This document shows positions 27,701 to 36,162 of a stretch of 64,000 nucleotides of DNA, in pieces. Both the position numbers and the translations under genes were made by a program. Origin of the DNA: a virus; the IMG/VR virus record IMGVR_UViG_3300037248_000024, positions 1 through 64,000 of that record; one strand, 5' to 3'. A model generated the notes under the pieces. The model made no database searches and was not told where the DNA came from. It saw nothing but the letters and a program-made list of their open reading frames with translations. Every line of letters starts with the position of its first letter. The first letter of the stretch is position 1.

Positions 27701-29759
27701 TTTGCTTGGGGCAACACGAGGCGCGGTTTCGGTTCAGGCGCGCGCGGCGAAACGAATCGCGGAACTGGAAAAAGATTTCCCGCCGGATAAATTCGACTAT
27801 CAGCACGGCGACTTCGCGCGGACCCCACAACTCCTGCGCCAACTCAATATTCCCGCCGTCGAAAAACTGTTCATGTTGATGGAGAACAAGGTCAAGGCCG
27901 GGATGACCGACGCCGTGATGCGCGGCGATAACCCGCCGACCACGAAGCAAGGTATTCGTGAGGAAGCGAAGAACCGTTATGATGCGTTACACGGGTCCAC
28001 ACTGGAAGCATTTTATGATGCGCTGTTCGAGGAACTGAAGTCGGGATATCGGCGTCGAGCAAAGGTTGTGCCTGGTTACTCCCAAAATTTTGATAGGGCC
28101 ATCAGCAGCCATCTCTATCAGATCGCTCGCAATGCCGCCGACACGGTTCACCGCGATAGTATCGAGTCAGACTATCAGAACATCCAGGATTATCATTCCC
28201 ACCAGAACGTCAAAAACTATTGGCGTGACTGGCGTGCTTATCAGGAAGACCCCGGATCGCCGTTGTCTCGCGCGGCGGCGACGATGAACCAGATCGGATT
28301 CGCCTACATGCTGGGGATGAATCCCTCGTCCACCATGATCATCGCGTCCCACATGCCGATGACGGCGGCGCCCGTGCTGTCGGTTGGGGTTGGACCTCGC
28401 GTGGCGGTTCCGGCGCTGGCACGCGGCCTGCGGTCGGCTTATGGCGCGCTGAAATTCGACACTGTTCATGGTGGCCAGATTGACCTTGAAAAGGCGATGG
28501 CGGGGATGCCGCCGGAGAAGCAGGCGTTTCTTCGTAAAATGGCGCAGGAGGGGCGCTTGGCTGCTGTCGGCACCCATGACATGGCGGCGCTAAACGATAA
28601 ACTCGCTCCTTTATTCCATGATCATGCCGATCTGGCGCGGCGTGCCATGGAGATCGCGACCTCGAATGTTCACGCCGTCGATCAGGCGAACCGGTTCGCC
28701 GTGGCCTCGGCGGCGTGGGACATCGCCTCCAATCCGGCGCACTTCAACGCCGCGGCAGCGCCGCTGATGCGGCACAATGCCGCCTTCCGCGAAATGGTCG
28801 CCCGCGAGATGGGCCTGTCGCCCGAGTCCTACGGTCGCTTCATGCTGTCCAGGGCCGCGTTCGATTGGGGGAAAGCGAATCAGGCGCCGATCATGCGCGG
28901 GCCTCTGGGCCAACTGATGTTCGCGCTGCATGGGTTCCAGACCCGGTATCTCTCGACCGCGTTCAACCTGATGAAGAACAGTGGACCGGAAGGAAGGCTT
29001 GGATTCTACCTCATGATGGCGGCGTTGTTCGCGGGCGCCGGGGCATTTGGACTGCCGTTCTCTCAGGATGCGTTGAAGGGGGCGGATGAGGTTTACAAGC
29101 ATTTTACCGGACGTGATCCCGCGCTGAAATTCAAAATCCACGACTTCATCCAGGATCATGGCTTTGGCGAGGCTGGCGCTGATATTCTCCTTGATGGCGC
29201 GGCCTCTTATGGGACCGGCATCAATCTTGGTTCTCGCATCGGATTTGGCGATGTCCTGCAACGGGAGTTCGAGAGCACCAATGTTCTCGGCACGATCCCG
29301 TCCATAGCATGGAATGCCTATTCAGGGGCATCCCTGCGATACGAAAGTGGTCAACCAGCGGCGGCGGTCGCGGCGGAAGCGGTCCCGGCGGCACTTCGTG
29401 GACCGCTGCGCGCGCTCGCCGCCTCGCAACAAGGGATCGTCAGTCGTCAAGGCATCGAACAGGTTCCCCCGGAAAATATCAGCAAAGCCGATATCGCCAA
29501 GATCGCGGCGGGATTTCAGCCTCTGGTCGCACAAAAACGCGCGGAAGAAACCCAGCGCTATATCGCCGCCCGGTCTCCCGACGCATGGCGCGACATGATC
29601 AGGAATGGCCAACAGGCCGAAGCCATCAAACAGATGAAAGCGGCCGGGTGGACGCCGGGTCGCGTCGAGGGCTTCATCTTCCAGGCCCATCGTCCTCCCG
29701 GTCCTGGCGTTCAGTTCAGGAATTTCGAACGCAACCGAACCGTTGCCCCGCCCCCCTGA
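21753..29759 (+). CDS. Large polyvalent internal virion protein (ParB-like, EVQSD domain, JAB/MPN, PLxRFG)
   Basis: 2668 aa; VVNGHQR (about 23000), HEVQSDMHQ (about 24710), HHNHPNGSALSGPD (about 26110), YFPMQRFGSYF (about 27570). Confidence 0.8.
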   Translation: MPDGWSLQPVEGDPFAAQSTPGWNLQPVEGDPFAAPPAQAPLHGYAGTDQAAHVRQSVTQADVDAIPDRSGDLKDAAPITSMDSTMTEYGPSATTPGVDRLERNYDVTARNIAESARQAWQGQQPFITPQAQQWLRDKGVPDAAISTLNSPTYALAAMNAIMRGGIEGFHSLLEPVVGEQAARDLSAMPEAFPLAGHELGGLGIPGAPRLTQAESAAMSQAQDFSHPFLAGNETDATIAGRQMREEREALNAQMEAAAQANRPRLTGPGTPVTEEAPAVSLAPEAPLRTPITPEAAAATEAGETAPTWNLEPVAHDPFEAPPSPVDEAASQAVEPTPAQAEVPVTAESPLLEGEVLPPVLPYAMFDPRDLTLAPDTFQYKASDERGVTGALRGATRWESALANPITVWQANDGTNYVVNGHQRTDLALRAQAAGQPDVQMPAQVFREADGYTPEYMRALGAYQNISEGSGTAIDAAKVLRSVGQIPESRRLPDLPPGGELVRQGTALAKLSPEAFGMVTNEIVPAAYAAHVGDLISDPTEQLGALQVLARAEPANSAQARIMVQDAVNSGFARGVQGGLFGEEAFAHSLIPERARVLDQALRSLRKAGGIYRAAVEGEEPLTSAGNTLNREGNIQARTENGRLLDILQRDATTRGPISDALSRAATDVASGKPVAGASSRFLSKARQIVRSGSGAGLRPGDLSHGVEHPAASEVDPAAAFREELGPGLFESPVPLFSPVARAVDGLKQARGTGEQMLAQITKTPGVKPEELAWMGLPGWLRDQKSVTKAQIADFVRANQLDVREVTHPSDEPNQFTVSSAAVPGGQGGMARFRTYDEALAEYSRRRQEYPNGYHSIMEMPPAGTQPKYSGYTLPGGSNYRELLITLPPKATTRESELMRAAGARLRAAEQAELDARARGFDVTRMGNLTDATDRARAAFDRAREAVKQARGQVYRSPHWEEPNVLAHVRFDERTAPDGARVLMVHEVQSDMHQAGRKRGYYNSTKPWEVFNPVDGAPVARFATETEARADARRRGDGFDFARGDQGRAANAIPDAPFKTTWPALAMKRIIKLAADNGFDRVAWAPGEVQADRYDLSKHINRLDYVPSENTIWAYDKNDRIAHTIRDVTPENMADKIGKEAAEKLLAQPDRAPVTGPIHEGRMWKRLEGADLKVGGEGMKTFYDKMLPAEVNKITGRFGAKVGTSEIATHDKGPEGAWIVEPPDRSWQQRFNTEQDAEEWARLSARGFGLTPEDMTATFVGKPVLQPVHSLDITPRLRSAVQSEGLGLFAGRRLPAPPPAGQDLFGTTRVASAQRTPEPTIRTDQRQAVMPGMEPSAIQAQAARDNAPPKSNQLAPNEGLFARQEPVQPQLPTRTSRYLNTSPFTDELHEAPLTGHEAAADWVFNRGRDTGHEHVAVVDNRTGEIIHAGTSGLADEVKWKGDNGTDLPPDSLTIHHNHPNGSALSGPDIGMLTNPAISHVVAHGANGTTTVASLVPKWKPETTEQMVPLLRSINSARFHAHTIARSLLQDLVNKDAISGPVADLAYEDVTNRLLHAGGVINYASTLDLAAPIKAALAPVLRNLGHADATHDRYTVAVPPEERTASLPAPVAGDAGEVARNPGRDQNGAGESGTSGERRGGGEGVEGGEATQGSLSAGEPLTPAQRAVLAHNSRNGPLPPREMPNLVEQGPPKPPREARASPSPSDELPLREPPQPAQGHNGGPPMPPDSLWPPDQQPPKRPPPPPEIEAARITAPAATKNLNPVEKLTIFPQTLANLDNMSARLWNSWQARERTESTNAAELRGIIQPNFLKLSKPDRLKVAGALEIARIEGAESLVENPDGTITAHNGSIPHANWSKVGDSIQLTPQQTAAYHEAVQLGRDQWTMLQRAAAKRYGWDGALDPAAIRAEAQSRGEPGDYHRLNRLADLLDVMRSNQQEIYFPMQRFGSYFIAIRPKAGEGVIENLGGHPPLAWFETVEKPAFQDLLGATRGAVSVQARAAKRIAELEKDFPPDKFDYQHGDFARTPQLLRQLNIPAVEKLFMLMENKVKAGMTDAVMRGDNPPTTKQGIREEAKNRYDALHGSTLEAFYDALFEELKSGYRRRAKVVPGYSQNFDRAISSHLYQIARNAADTVHRDSIESDYQNIQDYHSHQNVKNYWRDWRAYQEDPGSPLSRAAATMNQIGFAYMLGMNPSSTMIIASHMPMTAAPVLSVGVGPRVAVPALARGLRSAYGALKFDTVHGGQIDLEKAMAGMPPEKQAFLRKMAQEGRLAAVGTHDMAALNDKLAPLFHDHADLARRAMEIATSNVHAVDQANRFAVASAAWDIASNPAHFNAAAAPLMRHNAAFREMVAREMGLSPESYGRFMLSRAAFDWGKANQAPIMRGPLGQLMFALHGFQTRYLSTAFNLMKNSGPEGRLGFYLMMAALFAGAGAFGLPFSQDALKGADEVYKHFTGRDPALKFKIHDFIQDHGFGEAGADILLDGAASYGTGINLGSRIGFGDVLQREFESTNVLGTIPSIAWNAYSGASLRYESGQPAAAVAAEAVPAALRGPLRALAASQQGIVSRQGIEQVPPENISKADIAKIAAGFQPLVAQKRAEETQRYIAARSPDAWRDMIRNGQQAEAIKQMKAAGWTPGRVEGFIFQAHRPPGPGVQFRNFERNRTVAPPP

Positions 29760-29859
29760 CCCGTGTAACGTCCTTCCGGGCACGCCGCCCGGCCTGATCA
29801 CCCCGCGATCCGCACCAGAGCACGCCGCGACGGACAGGAACGCATGACGGAGAATCGTC

Positions 29860-30228
29860 GTGCTTCATTTTGTCCGGGCCCTGGCTGTTGTCTTGCTTTT
29901 GCGCGGATCGGCGTGGGGACAGAATGTTCCCGCTGTCGTGACGTGGCAGGCGCCCACGACGGGAACCGTTTCTTCCAGCGCCACCATTGTCGCGACCCCA
30001 GGGGGCAAGGCCACAACGGTATGCAATACCACGGCCTCTGGCGGCGGCAACATTTGGCTCAACCCGAATGGCGGCACGGCAGTCGTTGGCGCGGGACATG
30101 AGGCTGGCGTCGCACAATCGTCTACGGCCATGGGTGGCTGCGTGGTCTACGGCACGCCGCTCGCGCATCCCATAACGGGCGTCTGCGATAGCGGGACCTG
30201 TAGTTACACCGTCACGCGGGGGAACTGA
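29860..30228 (+). CDS. Small exported beta protein
   Basis: GGAGA RBS; signal-like N-terminus ..SAWG|Q; four Cys. Confidence 0.6.
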   Translation: MLHFVRALAVVLLLRGSAWGQNVPAVVTWQAPTTGTVSSSATIVATPGGKATTVCNTTASGGGNIWLNPNGGTAVVGAGHEAGVAQSSTAMGGCVVYGTPLAHPITGVCDSGTCSYTVTRGN

Positions 30229-30231
30229 CGG

Positions 30232-30786
30232 ATGCGGTGGATCGTTCTGATCGGATTACTGATGGCGATCCCGGCGTGGGCGCAGACCAGCCAGTCGCCA
30301 CCGTTGACCATCGTGGCTCCGCCTTCTGGTTCCAACTCCGGCGTCACCTCCCTCACCGCCGGCGCCTGCATCGCGCTGACGCCGAACCCGATCACGGGGA
30401 CGGGGAGTGTGGCGCTTAACCCGAACTGCGCCAATGTGTGGTCCGCGCAGCAATCGGCGACGATCACGACGCTTACGATCTCGACGGCGACGTTTACGCC
30501 AACGGGTGCCTCGAACGATTACGCGATCACGCTGACGAGTGCCTGTCCGTGCACGCTGGCCAATCCCTCGGCGACGCCGGTCGCGGGGACACATGGCATC
30601 ATCACGGTGACGCAAAGTTCGTCTGGAAGCAATACGATCGGGACGTGGGGGTCACAATACGAAGCGCCGGGAGGGACGGCATCGATCACGTTATCAACTG
30701 GGGCGAACGCGGTTGATGTTCTGTCTTATGTGGTGAAGGATTCGACGCATATTCTGATCGTTCCGTCCCTGAATTTCTCGCACTGA
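30232..30786 (+). CDS. Tail-fibre adaptor-like protein with Sec signal peptide
   Basis: MRWIVLIGLLMAIPAWA|Q; TLANPS..G.IITVTQ..WGSQY..GG..LSTGANAVDVLSY domain recalled from phage fibres. Confidence 0.6.
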   Translation: MRWIVLIGLLMAIPAWAQTSQSPPLTIVAPPSGSNSGVTSLTAGACIALTPNPITGTGSVALNPNCANVWSAQQSATITTLTISTATFTPTGASNDYAITLTSACPCTLANPSATPVAGTHGIITVTQSSSGSNTIGTWGSQYEAPGGTASITLSTGANAVDVLSYVVKDSTHILIVPSLNFSH

Positions 30787-30787
30787 C

Positions 30788-33682
30788 ATGAACCGGCGCA
30801 AACTTCTTCTCGGCGCATCGATCGGCGTCCTTGTGGCCGCACTGGAATGGCCGCGCGAGGCTCACGCCACCCCAACCACGATCAATTACACCGTCGCCTA
30901 TACCGGCGCGGACTTCACGTCCTACATCACCGCGACCAATTCGATGGGCACGAACTTCCCGGCGTCGTCCAGCGGAAACGTGACGCTGGCGGGAGCGACC
31001 TCAACAACTGTCCCACTCGCCCTGACGGAAACGGCGGACTTCACCGGACATCCCATAACGATCTCTGGTGTGACCGGCACGTATTTGATTACGTCATACA
31101 ACAACACAACCAAGGTCGCGACGATCTCGGCACTGGCCGGATATCCGGCGACGTTCGCGACGACGCCAGGAACGGGCGCGTCTTACACCATCGCGGACAT
31201 CGCGGTTGTCATCACGATTGGAGCGGCGGCGGCTTATACGGCCCCGCCGGTTCTGATGCCGGGGTCAAATGGGAACTGTTGGGAGCAAGGAACGTCAAAC
31301 TGGGAAATCAGCGGAGTAACTTTTGATTCCGCGCATACGCTGACGATCAATGGCAATACTCCATGGAACCCTCAGGCCGCGTTGCGCCCGAATTATACGG
31401 GTGATCTTACACAACCGGTTCTGATCACTTCAACCAATTACGGTGGCGCGGCCAATGACATCCTGCAACTCAATATAAGTGGAAGCGGCAATTTCATTTT
31501 CCTGAACAACATCCAGTTTCAAGTGCTAAACGCCAATCAACAAGGGCGCGGAGCAATTTTTGACTTTACCTTTCAGTACACCGTGAAAGTTACCGCTACG
31601 AACTGTTTGTTCCAGATCACCAACACGGCGTATGGACTTTTCGTATGTGGCGTCAACACCATGACAAACTGCATTCTCATGATGGATAATGCCACCGCTG
31701 GCCTGGTCGGAGGGACGGGCGAGACCTATAATAACTGCGCGATCTTCGGCTATTCACAGACAGGAATCGCGACGCCTACGACCGAAGCACTCGGCGGCGG
31801 TACGTTCAACGGGTGCTGGATTTTCGGAACCGCCGCACTGACCAACGGCACCGCCACCACATGCACCAAATGTTTCAGTGATTCATCGGGAACAGGCGTA
31901 ACCGTCGTCACGCCCGCGACGCAGATCGCATCGCTCAACGGCCAGTACTACAGCGACATGCGTCCCATCTCGACCACTTCGATGAGCGGCCAGAGTGGCG
32001 CACCACCAGCATCAACGGATATCTATGGTGTTACACGAACGTCCGGTAACTGGACCGCCGGGCCGGTGCAGACCACTTATGCGCTGCCGTCCACTCAAGC
32101 CATCGCCTATAACGTTGAAGCCTCTGGCGGCGACATCACCGCGCTCACCAATCCGTCTATACTCGATAACACGACCGGGCCGGACCTGACCTATTTTCAA
32201 AGCGGACAGGTGTGTTCCGGCACGGCGGCGGACAGTTCACATATCGTGCTCGCGACCACGGCGAGCGCATCGGTGGTCGGCCATCCGGTGCAGTGGAAAA
32301 CCGGCGTCATCGGTCTCATAACGGCGTTCAACGCCAGCACGCATGTCGCGACGATCTCGGCGATCGCCGGGTATCCGGCAAACTTTGGCGGCACTCCGCA
32401 AAGCGGAGATGCTTACACGATATTCCCGACTCAGGTTACCTTCATCATTGGCTATCCGGCGTCGGGCAATACGTGGCTTCTGGCGCAGATTTACAACCCG
32501 ACACCAGGAAGCACGGGCGCCCTGGTGGTCACGGGGCTTTCATCTCCAACCTCCCATGTCCGGGTGACCAGCAACTACACGTTCAATAAGTCGGCTGTTA
32601 TGGGCGACATCACTTCGCAGGCCGTTCCGTGTATCGCAAATCAGTTCGACCATGCTTCTATTTATGGCATAGGGACGCCATACTTTTATACGGACCACAT
32701 GCAGTATTGGATATATTATCAACCGCCAAATACCGCTCAGGAAGGAGAAGGGCTTTATAGGTTCGGCGCTGAGCCTGGAGCGTCTGGAACGCCTGGGGTA
32801 GCTCCCTTTGTTGTTGGCACTACGAAATGTCTGATGCGAAACGATAACCATTCCTCCGTTGGCGCGCACCAGTTCTTCATGCAGGACACCGCGTCATACG
32901 CGGATGGCTCGGTATTTTTCGATACCTGTATATTGGACAGTACGTGCTGGTATGAAACGGTTGGAAATCTGCAATTCACCGCTATCGATTGCACGATAAT
33001 GTGCAATTACAATCTGGTGCTGACCGCGACGGGCGCCACCACTTCCGGCGGCAATACAATCACGGTCGCAAGCACAGCCCAGATTGAGACGAGCCTGGGA
33101 GGATCGGCGGGGCCGCCGCTAGGATCGCTTTATTCCCTCTGGCCCTGCCACGGTTCGATCACGGTCGGCACGTCGGTTACAGTGACCAACGCGACGACTC
33201 TGACCTTGAGCGCGCCCACGACGGGAGCGATCAATATCGGCGACAAGATTTATTTCGGCGTTCAGGCCATGATTTCGTGGGGTGCAGGCGGTTCGTTGGA
33301 GAACACCGCCATTCTGGGATCGTCTTGTCCTGTTTATGCGGCTGGAGCAAGTTCCGTAATCCCGGCCTTTACGACCTGCGCGACGGACGTTCCGGTCACG
33401 GGCACGACTGGGCCGGGACAGACAACCAACCTCTCCGGCGCTGGATTTACCCAGGTGAATTTCGCGACATTGTTCAATGCCGGGTCGGGCGTTGGATCGA
33501 CGGGAATTGATTTGCGACTGGCCGCTGGCGGATCGCAACTCGCCGGGAGTGGCACGCATCGGTCCAGCAACCCGACCGACATCTTCGAACAGACCCGTGC
33601 CAATCCGCCGACCATTGGAGCGCAGGAGTTCGGCGTGGCGTCGACCGCCGGTAATCTAATGATGGGTATTCCAGTGCCGTGA
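30788..33682 (+). CDS. Tat-signal beta-helix protein with an internally duplicated module (receptor-binding/adhesin-like)
   Basis: MNRRKLLLG..AHA|T twin-arginine signal; beta-helix-like N/T/G/C periodicity; choice-of-anchor-Q-like ends TDIYGVTR.. and TDIFEQTRANPPTIGAQEF. Confidence 0.65.
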   Translation: MNRRKLLLGASIGVLVAALEWPREAHATPTTINYTVAYTGADFTSYITATNSMGTNFPASSSGNVTLAGATSTTVPLALTETADFTGHPITISGVTGTYLITSYNNTTKVATISALAGYPATFATTPGTGASYTIADIAVVITIGAAAAYTAPPVLMPGSNGNCWEQGTSNWEISGVTFDSAHTLTINGNTPWNPQAALRPNYTGDLTQPVLITSTNYGGAANDILQLNISGSGNFIFLNNIQFQVLNANQQGRGAIFDFTFQYTVKVTATNCLFQITNTAYGLFVCGVNTMTNCILMMDNATAGLVGGTGETYNNCAIFGYSQTGIATPTTEALGGGTFNGCWIFGTAALTNGTATTCTKCFSDSSGTGVTVVTPATQIASLNGQYYSDMRPISTTSMSGQSGAPPASTDIYGVTRTSGNWTAGPVQTTYALPSTQAIAYNVEASGGDITALTNPSILDNTTGPDLTYFQSGQVCSGTAADSSHIVLATTASASVVGHPVQWKTGVIGLITAFNASTHVATISAIAGYPANFGGTPQSGDAYTIFPTQVTFIIGYPASGNTWLLAQIYNPTPGSTGALVVTGLSSPTSHVRVTSNYTFNKSAVMGDITSQAVPCIANQFDHASIYGIGTPYFYTDHMQYWIYYQPPNTAQEGEGLYRFGAEPGASGTPGVAPFVVGTTKCLMRNDNHSSVGAHQFFMQDTASYADGSVFFDTCILDSTCWYETVGNLQFTAIDCTIMCNYNLVLTATGATTSGGNTITVASTAQIETSLGGSAGPPLGSLYSLWPCHGSITVGTSVTVTNATTLTLSAPTTGAINIGDKIYFGVQAMISWGAGGSLENTAILGSSCPVYAAGASSVIPAFTTCATDVPVTGTTGPGQTTNLSGAGFTQVNFATLFNAGSGVGSTGIDLRLAAGGSQLAGSGTHRSSNPTDIFEQTRANPPTIGAQEFGVASTAGNLMMGIPVP

Positions 33683-33870
33683 TCCCTCATCCCCCCCCAT
33701 GCGTATATCCCGCCCCTCCCCATGACGCACGAACTGTGACCATGCTCATAACTCCGCGACGCGATGACCCCCGATGATCCTCGCATCCCCAACATCCCGA
33801 TACCAAACCCACGCCCGATCCCTTATCGTGACGGCAACGTTATTTTATCGTTACCGGAGGGACGAATACC

Positions 33871-34335
33871 ATGAATCTGGCGGAACTCGCGGCCTTCGTG
33901 CCGGTTTCTCCTGGAAGTGTGGGCATCGTCACATCCGCCGTGGCCGCGATGGGTTACGGTCTGCGCTGGATGGCGGTAGACGCGGCGGAAAGAGTGGTGG
34001 CGCCCTTGAAGGAGCAACTCGCCGTGGTTAGCCTCAAGTCCGATACCATGTGGTCCGCCGCCATGGGCCGCGCGAGTGCCGCCGCCGTGATCGGAGGTTT
34101 GGCCACCATGAACAGTCCCCTGGTGTTCACCGACGAAGTGAAATCCTGGATGGACCACCTCGCCGTCGAGTTGAAGGCCGCGTTCCGCGCGGAGTGGTCG
34201 GCGTTGAATGACGATGATCTCGCCTTGGCCATCCAGCGGCGGTTTGGCGACCGGATCACGAAAGAGGTCTGCATTCCGCACGGGATCAAGGACCTGGAGT
34301 GCCTGCTGCTGGCGTGCGCGGTGGCGCGGGAGTGA
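33871..34335 (+). CDS. Membrane protein (holin/antiholin candidate)
   Basis: GGAGG RBS; N-terminal hydrophobic helix; end of structural module. Confidence 0.45.
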   Translation: MNLAELAAFVPVSPGSVGIVTSAVAAMGYGLRWMAVDAAERVVAPLKEQLAVVSLKSDTMWSAAMGRASAAAVIGGLATMNSPLVFTDEVKSWMDHLAVELKAAFRAEWSALNDDDLALAIQRRFGDRITKEVCIPHGIKDLECLLLACAVARE

Positions 34336-34703
34336 GCGCCAAATGGACCATCGCCACCCTCAAGCAGCATTTCGAGGCGCTACGAAAGGCGGATCAGCGT
34401 GCGCTGGAACTACAGGCCAGGGAACTCAAGCGGCGGCTCAAGATACTCAACGGAGAACACGCCACACTCGCACAGATGAAGGATACCTACGTCCCCCGTG
34501 AGGTCTACGATCGCGACATGGAGCGGGCCAGGGAAAACGAACAGACCTCCGCGACGGCGCAGGCCGCGGCATTACGCGAGGCCGGAATAGCGGCGACGGC
34601 CAACCGAAGGACCATGGTGTACGCTCTCGTGGGAGTCGCAATCGCGCTGGTCGGCTGGGCGATAACGATCCTGTTCCATTTCATACCCGAGGCGCATCCG
34701 TGA
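34332..34703 (+). CDS. Coiled-coil protein with C-terminal TM helix
   Basis: GTGA coupling; MVYALVGVAIALVGWAITILF. Confidence 0.5.
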   Translation: MSAKWTIATLKQHFEALRKADQRALELQARELKRRLKILNGEHATLAQMKDTYVPREVYDRDMERARENEQTSATAQAAALREAGIAATANRRTMVYALVGVAIALVGWAITILFHFIPEAHP

Positions 34704-35017
34704 TGCCTGACGCCTTCACCATCCCCGTTCCCCGCGCCCTGGCCGAGCACATCGTCGCGGAATGCGAGCGGCGCGGGATCAGCCACCGGTTGTGGTGGAC
34801 CGAGGCCGGGGAGTTGAAGGCGCGGCTGGATCGGGTGCTGGCGGGGAAGAAGCCGGAATAATTACCGTCCCTTCGGATCAATCGAACGCGCCGCCGCTGA
34901 TCGGGGAGTGTCCGGCGCGCGGCGCTGATGCGGGAAGCGGTGGCGTTGCGGAGAAGGTTCAACACGTTCGATACGCTGGACATCATTGATCGGATGCCGG
35001 TGGTGGAGGAGTGAGGG

Positions 35018-35046
35018 TTGCGCGGGACCGAGAGAAACGATAAAGT
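35018..35046 (+). promoter_or_regulatory. Possible sigma70 promoter
   Basis: TTGCGC-N17-TAAAGT upstream of ATG 35096. Confidence 0.4.
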
Positions 35047-35095
35047 CCAGTCGCCGCAACATCGCGGCTGTGTCCAGCATAAGGGGACATTTGAA

Positions 35096-35473
35096 ATGAA
35101 TCTCTCCGAGTTCAAAGCGTGGTTCGAAGGCTTCACGGAGTCCATGGAAGGGGCGCCGAGCGAAAAGGCATGGGAGCGGATCAAGGGCCGCGTCAAGGAA
35201 ATCAAGGACGCACCACCTGTTGAACGCCACCATTTCCATGACTATTATGTGAGGCCATGGAAGCGATATTGGGATTACGATTATCCCAGAGCCCATCTTT
35301 CCACCGAACGGACCGCGACGCAGATTTTTTCGCATAGCCGATCCAGCGGTTCCATTGCCCCTGTTAGCCGTGGGCGTGCGTCAATGCTAGTCGCCTCATC
35401 TGAGGCGCCATTCGACTCCCGCGCTGAGTTCAATCGTCTCGGTCGCGCGGAGGCTCTGTCTCTGGCGAAGTGA
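35096..35473 (+). CDS. Hypothetical phage protein (moron-like)
   Basis: MNLSEFKAWFEGF..PSEKAWERIK; flanked by its own promoter and terminator. Confidence 0.6.
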   Translation: MNLSEFKAWFEGFTESMEGAPSEKAWERIKGRVKEIKDAPPVERHHFHDYYVRPWKRYWDYDYPRAHLSTERTATQIFSHSRSSGSIAPVSRGRASMLVASSEAPFDSRAEFNRLGRAEALSLAK

Positions 35474-35486
35474 CCGCCATCGCAAG

Positions 35487-35526
35487 AAAGCAGGGCCGCT
35501 CGGGGCAACTCGGGCGGTTTTGCTTT
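35487..35526. terminator. Intrinsic terminator, probably bidirectional
   Basis: AAAGCAGGGCCGCTCGGG-GCAA-CTCGGGCGGTTTTGCTTT hairpin between convergent genes. Confidence 0.7.
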
Positions 35527-35561
35527 GTCCGGCGGGCGGTTCTCGGATGCGGACGTGGCGC

Positions 35562-35756
35562 TTATTCTGGGGCGGCCATCTTCGCCAATGCCACCCGAAC
35601 TGGACCAGGGATAGGCGCCTCCCCACGCCGGTACCGCCGCGCCGTTCGCTCATCGATCTCCAAACGCGAAGCGGCCCACCGATCGATATCCGTGATCGGT
35701 AGGCCGTCCGGCATTCCGGCGGCGTACAACGCCACCATGTAGGCGAGGCGGCTCAC
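35562..35756 (-). CDS. Small HTH protein
   Basis: AASRLEIDERTARRYRRGEAPIPGPV. Confidence 0.55.
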   Translation of the reverse strand: MSRLAYMVALYAAGMPDGLPITDIDRWAASRLEIDERTARRYRRGEAPIPGPVRVALAKMAAPE

Positions 35757-36148
35757 AGCGTTGCGAGCAACGCCTGCAAGTCTTCGAGAGATTGGCCTTC
35801 CAGAGCGGCATCTTGCTTGCGCGCCATGATGCCGAGAATCTTCTGCTTCTGTTCGGCTCTGGCGCGCGCTTCAAGGAGCGCCTTGTTTTCGGCCTTCTTG
35901 ACCTCAATGACGTGCTTCACGATGTCGAAACGGAGTTTCTGCTTCGGGTCGGGCGTTTCGATGTCATCCAGGAAGTCTGGCGTATCGTGCTTCAAATCAT
36001 TGTGAAGCGCGGTAGCGAGATCGTATAGGCACGGCCCGCGCGCGGCCTTGAACGGAAGCGCCCAAAGATCGTCGGCCTTCCACACGCCGCCGATGTTCGG
36101 CAGTTCAAAGTTAAGTCCCAGGCGTGAGGCTTGCTCGAAGATGTCCAT
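35753..36148 (-). CDS. Conserved phage protein, partner of the upstream 699-aa gene
   Basis: AAAGGAG RBS; MDIFEQASR..DDLWALP..LRFDIVKHVIEVK. Confidence 0.7.
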   Translation of the reverse strand: MDIFEQASRLGLNFELPNIGGVWKADDLWALPFKAARGPCLYDLATALHNDLKHDTPDFLDDIETPDPKQKLRFDIVKHVIEVKKAENKALLEARARAEQKQKILGIMARKQDAALEGQSLEDLQALLATL

Positions 36149-36162
36149 GATGTGTACTCCTT

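Noticed and set aside
29837-29862. EcfG-type promoter GGAAC-N17-CGTG (also GGAAC near 38534)
   Set aside because: The -10 does not match CGTT and would overlap the start codon; no convincing EcfG promoter was found by eye
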